A stretch of 50,804 nt of DNA, the filler included, from Jimgerdemannia flammicorona (Eukaryota): NCBI GenBank assembly GCA_003990765.1. It is 2 parts of 2 records of this genome, joined end to end, with 100 filler letters (N's around TTAATTAATTAA, not from the genome) between each part and the next. Parts side by side here need not be neighbours in the genome. Positions count along the whole stretch, not along the records: positions 1 to 25,355 come from RBNJ01000842.1; positions 25,456 to 50,804 come from RBNJ01000843.1. The stretch is one strand, 5' to 3'. A program made the translations under genes and the position numbers. The notes under the pieces are model-generated. The model saw only the letters and a program-made list of their open reading frames with translations, searched no databases and was not told where the DNA came from. Of the stretch, positions 25,095 to 38,184 are shown one piece after another; the stretch's first letter is position 1; the number at the start of each line of letters is the position of its first letter.

Positions 25095-25355
25095 TTATAT
25101 TAGTTATAGAACCTTTTGAAATATTATAGTCATCTTTATTAAGAACTACTTTCTTGACTTTTCTATATATTTCTAAGATTCTTCTAGATCTTTCTTTCAG
25201 ATTTTATACAAATATTCTCTTTTTTTACTCAAATAAAGCTCAGAATATTTCTTTCAAAATTCCTTTAAGACTATTTAAACTTATGAGTATATACCTCTTT
25301 AAGTTACTTTAGGCTTACCAAAAACTTCTAGATTTAATTACTTTTTTTTTAAAAA
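25095..25355 (+). repeat. Diverged LTR related to the E3 LTRs, cut by the gap
   Basis: Shares collinear GATCTTTCTTTCAGA, AATAAAGCTCAGAATATTT, TTTAGGC and AGATTTA blocks with 9435-9887. Confidence 0.8.
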
Positions 25356-25455
25356 NNNNNNNNNNNNNNNNNNNNNNNNNNNNNNNNNNNNNNNNNNNNT
25401 TAATTAATTAANNNNNNNNNNNNNNNNNNNNNNNNNNNNNNNNNNNNNNNNNNNN
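25356..25455. other. Assembly gap: 44 N + TTAATTAATTAA + 44 N
   Basis: Six-frame-stop linker centred in a 100-base spacer; artificial. Adjacency across it is unproven. Confidence 0.97.
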
Positions 25456-25526
25456 TTTTTTTATAGTCACTCGGACTCATCCTTTATTACCCCATCTATC
25501 CTATAAAAGTACAGTGATCCCACCCC

Positions 25527-28500
25527 CTATCCAATCCCCCTAGGGGGGCCCCTCCCCTCTACCCCTTCTCGATGAAACACTACTCTATCGAATACAATCC
25601 CCACCCTCCCACCACTCTGTTCACATATCCTTGCCACCAAACCTTACTGCTGCCCCTCTGAAGGGCCCCAACCTACCCACCATCCAGTCATCAGATCCCC
25701 CAACAGCTCCTCCCACCTTAAAACCTTCTTCTGCAGTCTCATCTACCACCCCTCCTCAAACATAGATAGCCAATATCCCGCCAATCCCACCCAAACTGCT
25801 AACACCCATCTGATAGTGAGCCAACTATCCCCCACCTCCCCCCACCAGCTGAGATCTCAAGTCCTCCCAGCAATCCCCTTCACCTACTGGCCCATGCTCC
25901 ATACCTAGTCTATTCCCTATTTCAACCCAAAAGTCTCCCAAAACCTCACACTCTCTCAGCCAATGTTCTGGCATCTGCACCAAACCCCCAGCTTGCCCTA
26001 CATTGTAACACTCCTCACAATCGAAACAGCCACTATCCACCAGATGCCCAGTGTGGAAATTCAGCATGACATTCCTCTGCAGTATTCGCCACCACACCAC
26101 CCAGAACTTGGGGGGAAGCCACCACTGCACCTCAGCACTCCAAGACCAGATACCTGCCCAGTCTCACTCCTCGCCGATCCTGACTGCCTGCCAACTGCTT
26201 GGCCAAAGGTCTTGGCCAAGACCCTGTTGATACTCCACTCTGTCCCCAATATCAAAAGCAGCAAGTGGAGTACCCCCCAGTAGCAGTCTATCCCATCACC
26301 ACATACAAGGACCCCACAACACCTCTCCCTCATTGTCTTGCCAGCACAGATCAATTCTGTGCACTCCATTGACCACTCCCCACCAAAAGCCCTTAAATCA
26401 CAGCTGCTGAATTCCATTGAGCCCTATCAAAGAGAGTAGATCTCCTGAGGACCCTCAGGGGGAGGTTCTCATCTCCCATACCTTCTGCATCAGAAGTACC
26501 CAACCCTCTCTCTGTAGTTCAGCTGCTCTCTTCAACCACCAGGCTTGCAAGCAGTGCAACCTCTTAGGGAAATCCATAAGGCCAAGCCCTCCCCTGTCCA
26601 CTGGTGTCGCAAGAGTATCCCAACTAATCTGGGACCTCCTCTCTACCCAAATCCAATCCCTAGCCACCTTTGTCAGCCTCTTCACCACCCAAGCTGGGAA
26701 GTCTAGGTGGTATACCACATACCACAGCTTGGGGAACCAGTATGTATTCAGAATCGATATCTGCCCTACTAGAGAGATATGGTAGCCTCCCCAACCTTGA
26801 AGGGCCTCCCCCCAAATAGACACCCTGCTCTCCCACCATACTTGTGGCAAGACAGAACCATACACAGAGAGGAAGATGCCCAGATACCATACCACCTCAC
26901 CAGTAGGGACAATTGTTCCAATGATGTCCCCACCCATCAGCCCATTCTCTAGCACCATAGTCTCATACTTATGCCAGTTGAGCTTTACCCCAGAGTGATC
27001 CTCATACCATTCCACCATCTCCTTAAGTGCCTCGACATCTGCCACAGACCCAAGACCAACCACTATATCATCTGCAAAGGCTCCCATCTTCCACACTATG
27101 CCATAGATAGAGAGCTCCACTACCTTCTGATGAATCCTATCCATTAACAGTTCCAATGAGAGAGCATAAAGAATAGGGGACAAGGGGTCCCTCTGAGGAA
27201 CCCCTCTTCTCAAGGTAAACACCAGACCATAGTGACTATTACACATTAGTGCCACCTGACTGCCCTTGAGCAGATTTACTATAGAAGCCTGAAACCCTGA
27301 AGGAACACCAATACAATCCAGCACCTTGCCCAGCCAAACCCGCTGGACCCAGTCATAGGCCTTCTCCTGGTCCAAAAAGACCAACCTTCCATCCAGGCCA
27401 CAAGTCTGGGCCCCTTCAATGATACCATGTACCCAAGCAGTCCCATCTCTTATAAGCCTGCCTCCAACAAAGCCCCACTACTCCTCCCCCAGCACCTGTT
27501 GGGTAACCTTTTGCAGCCTTGCAACAACCACCTTAGTCACCATCTTCCTGTCCATGTAAGCATAATCGGTCACCAGTTCTTCCAATCTTCTCTCCTCCTC
27601 TTGTCTTTGTACAATAATGCCACCAGCCCAAGGTCCTGCTCTCCAACCCACTCACCACTCTGAAGAACATGATCACAGAGAGCAGTCATCTCCTCCAAAA
27701 TACCAGAGACCTTGACCATCTTCTTCTAGAAGTCCCACAGTAGTCCATCCTCCTCTGGTGCTGTTCTAGTTTTAGTTGCCTCAAAGACACTCTGGACCTC
27801 CTCACCTCACACTGGCAAGGCCAAGTCATCCAGTCCAGCCACTTGCGGTGGCCTCCATTCCCTTAATACATCTTCAATAGCTGTCTCATCAGCACCCCCT
27901 TCATCCTCACTCCACAAACCCTGCCATCTCTCTTTCAAAATCCCTAAGATTTGTTGTGTATCATATACCATGTCCCCATCGGCATCTAGGACTCCATCCC
28001 ACTGATGTCTCACCCTCCTAGCATTGAGCAGATAGGATAAATATCTAGTGGGCCGCTCACTCTCCTCAAGCCCCTGCCACTGTAGCCTAGTAGCCATACC
28101 TCGCATATGCACCTCCTCCTCTTCTCTCAGCACCTGTTGCAGTTCCAATATCTCCAACTTAATCCATGCTAACCTCCAATCCTCCACCCCATCAGAAGTA
28201 AGTAAACCTGCCCAATCTATTTGCAATCTCCTCAGCCTGCTGGAAGCATACCTCGTACACTTCCTCCTCCTTCTCCCAGCTTCTCTCCCAGCCTCTTTCA
28301 ATCTCATCTAATGGATACCCACTGACAAATCCTCACACCTCCAGTAAGAAACTTTCACCTAAATGTCCTCTACCCATAAATCCCACAACCCCTTCTCAGC
28401 CAGCAGGGAGGAGTTGAGGCACCAATGTCCGAGTCCATCTCCACTCCCCCCAAACTGCCCCTGCCCCAACAGACCCCAGTAGTCTGACCATGGGCACTAT

Positions 28501-29159
28501 TCCACCTCCAACATCTTCCAGACATCAGCCCTCCAGCATTCTGCCATCAGAATCCAGTCAATCCTTGTACCTAAGCCATTCACCCAATACATGTAGACCC
28601 TGGAGTCACCCCATTGTATTCTACCCATATCCCCTAAGAAGCTCAGTCTCTCCACCTCCTCTCATACATCCAGGCCTCCACTTCTCCCTCCTGTACTCCT
28701 CCCACCATCAGTGTGGTCCAGATGCTGATCCTGAACCATATTAAAGTCCCCCCCAAGCACATTGACCCCTTCTGCTAAGAGAACACCCTCCTCCAGTAGC
28801 TCCTCAATCCATACAATCTACTCACCCCTAACTGCAGGGCAATAGTAAGAGCCAACCCTCACCGACTCCCACCCTGGCCACTGCCAATCTCCCCAGACCA
28901 AGTGGTCACCCTAGCTCCTGATTCCCTCCAAGTCACCTCTACCCTTCCTCACCAGAATTGCCACTTTTTCAAACCAAGCAGTAGCCCTGCCCCATTCCTT
29001 AGTCCACTTCACCTGATCATCCTCATCCTCACACTGAACATCCTGTAGTAAAAAGAGATCAGCCTCCAATCCCTTGAGCCAAGTAAAAATATTCTTATGC
29101 TGTCCAGAACCCTTCAACCCATTCACATTCAAAGAGAAAATGTTAGTTATACTGTTCAT
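25527..29159 (-). pseudogene. LINE A ORF2: APE endonuclease, RT, C-terminal CCHC
   Basis: IFSLNVNGL..LFLLQD, LGGDF, RIDW; RT LDQEKAYDWV, RRGVPQRDPLSPILY, AFADD, YLGI; CFDC..EHWLREC; ends ..PPRGIG*. Confidence 0.92.
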
Positions 29160-29190
29160 AAGGAATAATGTTAAAAAGTGATCCCATTCT

Positions 29191-31150
29191 CTACAAGTCC
29201 ACATTCAGCTCCTCCTGCACCAAGTCCAATTCATGTTCAGTAGCAAGTTCCCTTTCCCCAGCTTTTCATGCCTCCAACCCTCTCAGAAGTTCTACCATTG
29301 CCTCATCTTCCCTCTCCTCAAATTCCTCTCGATACTCCAGACAGGCCTCTCTCCAGAGCTGCAAACCATGATGCTCAGCCCAACAGTAGGTTACCTGCTC
29401 ACCTGTAACCACCACCAGCTCTGCTTTCCTCACCTCATCAACCTCATAACCCTCCTCCTTTAAGAGGATTGTAAGAATCTCCTCCCTCAGTGCCTCTACC
29501 ACTCCATCACTATGCAGAATCTACTCCCAATGCTCCTCAGGCATAACCCACAGATCCACTTCTCCCAATGCATCAGCTGCAAGGTTATCCATCACCTTAC
29601 TCATCCACAGCAAGTTTTCTATCTCCTTCCCTCCTAGAGTCCCTGGCCAGCCCATATCCAACATCATGGTGTCAGCACCCACACTGGCAGCCTCATCCTA
29701 CTCCTCCTCAGGGATATTCACCAGCTCATCCTCGTCAGCCACCACCACCTGGCCCCCTTTTGCCACATCAGGGACCCCAAAATGCACTTGCTGGGCCCCC
29801 TATATCAGCACATCCTCTATTATCCTTCTTTTTGCAGCCAGGCCCCTCCTGATCAGAGGGGGGGGGGGTGGAGTCCAATTCCAGCTCCCAGACCTCGAAG
29901 GTACCATTGGTAAATGGGTCCTTGCTCAGTACCTTCTCATCTCCTTTCTTGCCTACCTCCACCTCCCCTACCCCTTTACTAGCCCAGACACTGGCTTTGA
30001 TGCCCCCAGACACCTCAGCCCCAACTGCCTTCTTCTTCACCTCTACTGTCATACTCACCAGTAGCTCCCTCTGTCTCCTGCACCCCTGTGCCTGCTCCCA
30101 CTGCCCCTTGTCCATGCGGATATGCTTCTCCTCCACAACCTCCAGATGCATCGACTCCTCATACATCTTCCAGGCCCTTGCCCTCCTCTCCACAGCTCCA
30201 CTCATCTCCTCCAGTATCTCCAACAAGTTCTCCTCCTCCTTCTTACTCCTCTTCACCCTTGACATCTTACAGATGAATGCCCCCTACATTAGCACAGAAG
30301 GCCAGTCACTTGCCCTCCCCATAGCCTCCTTGTCCACCAGCCTAATTCTGATATCAATGTTGCTCATCCTGATCATTGTTCCCTCCCACACCTGAAAGCC
30401 AATGTCCACCACTTCACCATACTCAATCATCACCTCCTCCACCCTCTTCCTAGTCTCCTCCTTAGTCACTATGAGCACCCCCTTCACCAGAAGCTGCACC
30501 ACCCTGGGGTCCCATTGTAAGCACCACACCATAGAGACTACCACCTCCCCAACCACGACTCCAGCCTTCAGTACCTCATCCAATGGACCTGCCTCCTCAA
30601 AGCCCACCTCGACCCCCTCCAGACCCTTCAAGAACTTCACTGAGACCGCCCCAGCCATCTGCTTTGAAACAAGCCCCAGAACTATCCTCACCATCACCAC
30701 CAAACCCCAGAAGCACAAGATTACTGCAAACTCCGAGATTGACTTCTTGAGCAACAGAGCCACTACCAGCCCCATTACACCATCTACCAGGTCCCCCTTC
30801 CACATCGGGAACCCCTGCACCACCTGGCCATCAGCCATCACATCTCTTTTTTTTTCCTGAATCCCCATCACACTCCTATCAGCAGTCACACCTCCAGCCA
30901 CAGCCCCTCCTCCCCCTACATCTGTACTCCCAGCCAGAGCACCTCCCCTTCTCCCAAGACTCACCTTGCCCTTCCCCTTAGCAGCACCAGCCCTAAAGCC
31001 AGCCAGCCACCCACTCTCCTTAACCTTGTCTGCGAAGCTTAGGATACCTGATCTTTCTCCATTACTACTAGACACCAGTCCTTCTCCAGAGCCTTCTCCA
31101 CTCTTGGGCCCGCCAAAGGCCCCCATCCCCAGGCCATAACTCCTCCCCAC
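29191..31150 (-). pseudogene. LINE A ORF1
   Basis: ORF pieces 30284-31150, 29768-30265 and 29266-29502 lie upstream of ORF2 and are homologous to copies B and C. A central VQLLVKGV..EYGEVVDIGF segment looks RRM-like. Confidence 0.8.
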
Positions 31151-31313
31151 CTACTACCAGTTGAAGGCCCTAGGTCTACCTGACCTAGTACATGCACCAG
31201 TATATTCATTGCTTTCCATGTTGCTAGTCACCTCTCACCAAAAACATTGTCAAAAGTATTACCTGAGTCTTGTGTCACCTGAATGTTACTGGTAAAAGGT
31301 ACCACAGGCAAGT

Positions 31314-33243
31314 CTCCTGCCAGAGCTGCAATCCATGTCACTTGGCCCAACAGTATTTAGCCCTCTCACTAGCGACCCCTGCTAGCTCAGCCTCTCACTT
31401 CTCATCCACTTCATACTCTTCCTCCTCCAGATACACTGCAAGGATCTCTGCCTTCAATACTAACTCTACACTGTCCCCCTGCAGGATCTGTGCCTAATGC
31501 TCATCACTTATCACTCTCAAGTCCACCTCCCCCAGCTCTTCCACTGCCAGATTATTCATCATTCTATATATCCAAAGTAGGTTTCCTACCTCCTTCCCTT
31601 CTAGAGTTACCAGTCGCCCACTGTCCAATATTGTGATATCAGCCCCAGCACTTGCAGCCTCATCCCACCCCTCCAGAACATCCACCAGTTTCTCCTCACC
31701 AACTGTCTCCACCTATCCCCCCTTTGCCATCTCTGGAACTCCAAATTACACTTGCTGGACCCCCTTCATAGGTGCATTCTCCTCCACCCTGCACCAGGAA
31801 GCTGGACCCCTCCTGATGAGTAGAATAGGGATAGGTGATCCCTTCCAGTCTTCTTTCCAGACCTCAACCATACCATCAGCATATGGATCACTGCTGACTG
31901 TCTTCCTGCCCTCTCCTGATCCTTTTACTGCACCCCTATTATCTTCACCAACCCAGACACTCACTTTGGCACCTCCCATTTCCACCATTCTACCAGCCTC
32001 CTTCTGTGGTCAACTTTCCAACTTGGCCAATAGCTCCTTCTGGCACTTATGTCTCTGGGCTTTTTTCCATTACACCTTGTCCACTTGAATCTGCTTCCCA
32101 TCTACCACCTCTAAGTATGTTGACTCCTCAAAAGCCTTCCAAGCCTTCACTTACTGCTCCACTACTCCACTCAGTTCTTCTAGTGCCTTCAGCAAGTCCT
32201 CTTCCTCCTCCTCACTCTCCTTCACCCTCATCACCTTGTATAAGATCACCCCCCAGACTATCTCTGATGGCCAGTCCCTTGCCTTCCAGTAGCTTCTTTC
32301 CCTGCCAGCCAAATCCTCACATCCACATCTCCCATCCTGAGTGAGGTCCTCTCCCAGACTCTGAACTCGATATCCACCACCTCTCCATACTCCTCTATGA
32401 CCTTCTCAACTCTCCTTCTTATCTCCACCACCATCACTGTGGACACTCCTTTTATCAGCAGTTGGACCACTCTGGGGTCCCATTTCAGACAGTATGCCAT
32501 TAGGACACACATCTCCCCAACTATCAATCCAGCCTTCAGCGCTTCCTCCAGGGGCTCGGCCTCCTCAAAATCCACCTCCACTCCCTTCAATCCCTTCAGG
32601 AACTTTACTGATACTGCTCTAGCCACCTGCTTGGTGATAAGCCCTAGCACCATTTTTGCCATCACTGCCAGGCCCCAGAAGCACAACATCACCATGAATG
32701 CCAAGATTGATTTCTTAAGTAACAGAGCCACTGTTAGGCCCATCACACCATCTGCCAAATCTCCTTGTCTTCTAAGCCTCAGTCACTCAGCCATACTATC
32801 AGCAGTCATATCTGGATTTTTTTCCAGATTGGCAGTCTTGTCACCATTAGCTGTCACATTCTCCCCAGCTGCTACTCCTCTAGCTCCACTGTCCTCACCA
32901 CCAAGAGCTACATGGCTGGCTTCTCCATCTTCTTACCTTTCCTCAGCCAGCCCTCCAGCCCAGTTGCCTGCTGCCTCCCCTTCACCATCTCTACAAAGCT
33001 TACCCTCCCAGACCCCTGTCCTCCCCCACTGCCTCCTCCCCCACCTCATCCTTCTGCCAGCAACCCCCTCATACCTTCCCCCAGGCCAGGACCTCTCCCC
33101 ACATACTGCTAGTCGAATGTGCTAGGGCTGCCCTGCCCTGTATGCACCCCAGATTACTTGCTGTTTGCCATTGCCTTAGTACCTTTCTCTAATAAATGAC
33201 TTGAAAGTATGTTATAGAGTATGTATAATGTGAGTGGTAGCTA
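31314..33243 (-). mobile_element. LINE copy B: 5' UTR plus most of ORF1, cut by copy A
   Basis: ORF 32258-32758 (ADGVMGLTVALLLKKSI..WDPRVVQLLIKGV) matches A ORF1. Homology stops at ~31314, where the 5' end of A begins. Confidence 0.88.
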
Positions 33244-36200
33244 CTACTGGACCATCTTCTGCAGTCTTGCTACTACTACCTTAGTAATCAACTTCCTGTC
33301 TATATTCAGTAGTATGATCAGCCTCCAGTTTCTCCAGTCCTCCCTCCTACTCTTGTTCTTATATAGCAGTATCATCAGTCCTAGATTCTGCTCTCCTACC
33401 CATCTCCCAGACTGCAGTACTAAGTCACAGAGTGCTCTCAGCTCTTCCAGCATACTAGGAACATCCACTATCTTCTTTTAGAAAGCCCAGGGCAGGTCAT
33501 CCTTACCTGGTGCTGTATCTAGCATAGTTGTGATAAGAATCTGGTAAATCTCCTCCTTCTGCACTAGTATCATCAGATTGTCTAACCCTTCTGCCTATAG
33601 TGAGTACCAATCCTCCAAGGTAAGATCAATGGTGGTATCTTCTGCCCCACTCTTCTCCTTACTCCACAAGTCACTTTACTGCTTCTTCAGTAATCTGAGA
33701 ATATTTTGTATAATATGTACCAATGTTCTCTCAGAATCAAGAACTCCCTCCCACCTCTGCTGAACTCTCTTTGCCCAAAGGGCTCTTGTGAGAAACTTAA
33801 AGGATCTCTCTCCTTCCTCCAGCCCCTGTCAACATAGATGTGCTGCCATACTCTGCATCTACACTTTCTCCTCCTCCTGCAATATCTATTGCAACTCCAC
33901 AATCTCCTTTTTCATCTATAGTAATCTTCAATCCTCTACTCCCTCCAGGGCCACCAAACCTGTCCAATCTTCCAACAGCCTCATCAATCTAGCAGAGGCC
34001 CACAACCTCTTCTTCCTCCTCTGTCTCTCAACTACTATATCTGCCTCCCTCCAATAGATCCTAGCAGCCTCCTTTAGCCTCATCTACCTAATACCAACTG
34101 AGGTACTTTCCTATATCTACTCCTCTACCCTCTGCTGAATAATCTCAGCCCACTTGTCCTATAATATCTTATTGTCTATCAGAGAGGAGTTAAGGCACAA
34201 ATGTTCTGGTCTATCTCTACTCTCTCCAAAATAGCCCTATTCCAGCAGTCTCTAATAATTAGACCATGGATACTATTTCATCTCCAGAGACCTCCAAACA
34301 TCCAGACCCCAGTAGTTCACTGTCAAAATCCAGTCAATCCTTATCTCCAAACCACTCACCCAATATATATATATCCTTCTATTACTCCATAGCTCTCTAC
34401 CAGTATCTACTAAATCACTCAGTCTCTCTACTTCCTCTCATATCTCCAAACCTTCACTCTTTCTCTCTACCTCCTACCCTTTATCAGTTCTATCCAACAG
34501 TATATCTCTGACTATATTAAAGTCTCTACCAAGCATATCTACTCTAGCTCCTGCCAGAGTCCCTTTCTCTTAGAGACCTTTTACTTACTCTATATGCTCA
34601 CTCTGTACCACAGGATAGTAGCAGGATCTAACCATAACTGGTTCCTGACTAGTGCAAATCCACTCACCCCAGACCAGCCTGTCTCCTCAGTTCTATATAT
34701 CCCATATCTCCCCTTTGCTCTTCCTGACCAAGATCCTAACCTTGCCCTTCCAAACTACCTTCCCTCTCTATTCCTTTGTCCATTCCAGTTTATCCAAATT
34801 ATCCTCGCATCTGACATCCTATAAAAGAAAGAGATTGGCCTCTAATCTCTTCAGCTAAGCAAAAATGTTTCATTGACAAAATGAACCCTGGAGCCCATTC
34901 ACATTTAAAGAGAAAATGTTGATTATACTATTTATAAGAAATAATATATAATAGTAAGCATATCCTCTACTGCTCCATATTCATCTCATCCTGAGCTAGG
35001 TCTAGATTATATTTCACAGCTTTCTCCTCCTCTTCAGTTCTCTTAACCTTCAATCTAGCCAGAAGTTCCTTAAGCTTCCCATCTTCCTTCTCCTCAAATT
35101 CTTCATAATATTTCAGGCAGGTCTCCTACCAGAGCTATAATTCATGCTGCTCTGTCTAATAGAAAGTAGCCCTCTCATCAGTACAACCACCAGCCCAGTC
35201 TCTCTCTCCTTATCAATCTCATATCCTTTCTTCTCCAGAAAAACTACAAGAATCTCTGCCTTCAGTGCCTCTACCACTCCCTTGTTATACAGGATATATA
35301 CCCAATGTTCATCACTTATCACTTACAGGTCCACCTCCCCCAACTTCTCTACTGCAAAATTGTTCATCATCTTACATATCCATAGTAGATTTCCCACCTT
35401 CTTCCCCCTAGGAGTCACTGGCTACCCTCTATTCAGTATCAAGATATCAGCCTCTATACTTACAGCCTCATTCCACTTCTCCTCCTGAATATCCACTAGT
35501 TCATTCTTGCCCACCACTACCATCTGCCTCCCCTTTACCACCTCAGAAACTCTAAAGTGTACTCTCTGGGCTCCCTATATGAGTACATCCTCTGCCACTC
35601 TGCTCCTTGAAGCTGATCTTATCTAATAAGCAGCATAGGGGTCAAGGATAACTCCTAGACCTCAAAGATACCATCTGTATAAGAGTTATTTCCCTTTGCC
35701 TCCTCTCACTCTCTTGGCTCCTTCCCTATATTCCCTCTATCCTTACTGGCCCAGATACTCTCCTTGGCTCCCCCCATGATTTCAATACTACTAGTATCTT
35801 TCTTTGTCCTGCTTTCTAGTTTTGCCAATAGCTCTCTCTGTCTCTTGCATCTTTGGGATCTTTCCCACCACCCTTTATCTACTCTAATTCTCTTTCCATC
35901 TACCATTTCCAAATGTGTCAACTCAACATATATCTTCCAAGCCTTAGCCCTCTGCTCCACAGCACTACTCAGCTCTTCCAGTACCTCTAGCAGATCCTCT
36001 TCCTCCTCCTCACTCCTCTTCACCCTCATTATCTTGCACAAGAAAGTCCTCCAGACTATCACTAAAGATCAGTCCCTAGCCTTCCTGGTAGCTTTCTTTT
36101 CTGCTAACTAAATTCAAACATCAATATTCCCAGTTCTGAATGAGATCTCCTCTCAGATCCAGAACTCAACATTGACCACCTCACCATACTCAGTTATGAC

Positions 36201-37060
36201 TTCCTCAACTCTCCTCCTTGTCTCTCTAGTAGCTACTGTGGGTACCTCTTTTACCAGCAATTGCACTACCCTGGAGTCTCACCTCAAGTAGCATATCATC
36301 AGAACACACATCTCTCTAACTATCAATTCTATCTTCAGTGTCTCCTTCAATGGTCCAGCCTCCTCAAAGCTAACCTCCACTCCTTTCAGTTCCTTCAGAA
36401 ACTTCATAGATACCACTCTAGCCACCTGCTTAGCAATTAGCCCCAGGACTATTTTTGCTATTACTACTAAGTCTCAGAAGTATAAAGTAACTATAAACTC
36501 TAAGATCAACTTCTTGAGTAATAGTGCTACCATCAGTCCTATTACACTATCTGCTAAATTGCTAGGTCTCATACCTTTTCCACTGCTCAGTCTACCACCA
36601 TCAGTCCTATCTAGATTTTTTTTCTGATCACCTGTCATACTCTCATCAGTAGTTACTTCTTCAGCCTCTACACCATCAGCCTCACTACTCTAGCCCTCCA
36701 GAGAGATTCTCTCTCAAGACAGCTACTCTGCAGTCTTCACCATCTCCTTGCCTCTTTTAAGCCAGCCCTCCAGCCTAGCTCCCTGCTGACCCCCCTTTAT
36801 CTTATTTACAAAACTCATCCTTTCTATCTTCTGACCTCTAGTACTGCTCCCTCTCCTATTATATTCTCCTGCTAGCAGGTCCCTCATGCCAGGACTCCTC
36901 CCCACATACTGCCAGTTGAATGCACCCAGGCCACTCTGCCTAGTATATACCTTGGAATGCTTATTAGTTATTATGATACTAGTAGTTTTTCTCTAGAAAC
37001 TATGTCAAAAGTATTGTCAAAAGGTTGTATAATCTGAATATTACCAGAGAACAGTATGAT
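33244..37060 (-). mobile_element. LINE copy C: 5' UTR, ORF1, EN and start of RT, cut by copy B; most decayed copy
   Basis: ORF1 homology (35706-36062), EN start IFSLNVNGL (~34890-34920), RT start LLYKNKSRREDWRNWRLIILLNIDRKLITKVVVARL (33250-33370). Confidence 0.88.
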
Positions 37061-37982
37061 AAAGGTACTATATTTATAAAAGAGTTCTTGGTATTTATGG
37101 ATAATGAGTTTCTGGTATTAAGACATCTGAGTAATATCTGTATTATAGTGGTATTTGACTATATCTTCTAGGAGATAACTAATCTGATAGTAGCTTGAGA
37201 TTTGTCCAATTCAGTAGGCTTTGCTAAGTATGTTCAGAGTATTCCATTGGACTTCTATAAAGTAGAGAGGTGCTAGACTATAGATATTCATGAGGGATAG
37301 AGGAGGAGTAGCTTAGTTGATGATAGTATTTTAAATATTAGTATAGATATAATTGTAGATCTCAGTGGTCATATTTGTATATATGTTTAAGAGTTATAGT
37401 TATTTGTTTGATTTGTTATAGTTCTCTATTTCAACATATCTGGGTGCTTGATATATATGTATTCAGTCTTGATTGGTAAGGTTTTATTTATATAAATCTT
37501 ATATTTTATAACTTTAAGTTGACTTGGCTTTATATTCTATAACTTTGATTTGACTCAGCTTTATAATCTTATATATAATTTCCTGATTTGTTCAGAGAGT
37601 GATATGTAATTTAAATGGCTTAAAGATTGTGCACTTACAATAATGAGTCCAGAAAGCCAAGATTATCATTGTATTGATCAGTACTAGGAGGAAATAAAGA
37701 GAGATTTGAAGATATAGTCTATATAAGTTGATATAAATCCCATATTATACCTTTTTCTACCTCTCTTTCTTGCTCACAATCTCAAATAAAAGGCACTAAA
37801 GTATACCTAATAGATGTCTCATAAAGTTCAAATATATACCTCTTTATCTGCTCCAAATCATCATTTACAGCTCTATAAAATAATCTTTGTTTCAGACAAT
37901 ATTCTTCTCTATCTGACAGTCTCTTGTTATATTGTCTGCCATGAAGGCCATTGCCATTGAGGTGCATAGCATGTCAGTGACA
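37061..37982 (-). mobile_element. CpG-free relic, possibly the start of another ORF-bearing LTR into which LINE C inserted
   Basis: Begins TGTCAC on the minus strand at 37982, at the CpG-poor/CpG-rich border; decayed frames such as SKAY*IGQISSYYQISYLLE. Confidence 0.4.
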
Positions 37983-38184
37983 GTGCTGAGGATATGAAGC
38001 ACCACATGTCACATTGGACTTAAAAATCTTCCAGCCACGTCACCCAAAAAAACACGATCCAAAAAAACACCGTGATGTTATAGACTTGGACAGGATGTGA
38101 CTTGCTTAATGATGTCACCTATATAATTATGTTTTTCTTTTTCGAAGCCACCCGCGTAGGACGCCACTCATACCACTCCCCAAA

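Larger units (their letters stand above)
25456..31313 (-). mobile_element. LINE copy A (L1/Tx1-like, APE-RT), full length, decayed
   Basis: 5' UTR, ORF1, ORF2, AATAAA (25488-25483) and poly(A) abutting the gap. Confidence 0.92.

Noticed and set aside
7825..25355. Stop-codon reassignment or readthrough as the cause of many in-frame stops
   Set aside because: The stops fall on Arg, Gln and Trp codons as expected from C>T/G>A mutation, and the host genes use the standard code.
25400..25411. Palindromic TTAATTAATTAA inside an N run
   Set aside because: Artificial six-frame-stop scaffold linker.
29168..36111. Many Ser/Pro/Thr-rich plus-strand ORFs
   Set aside because: Antisense shadows of the G-rich LINE ORFs.
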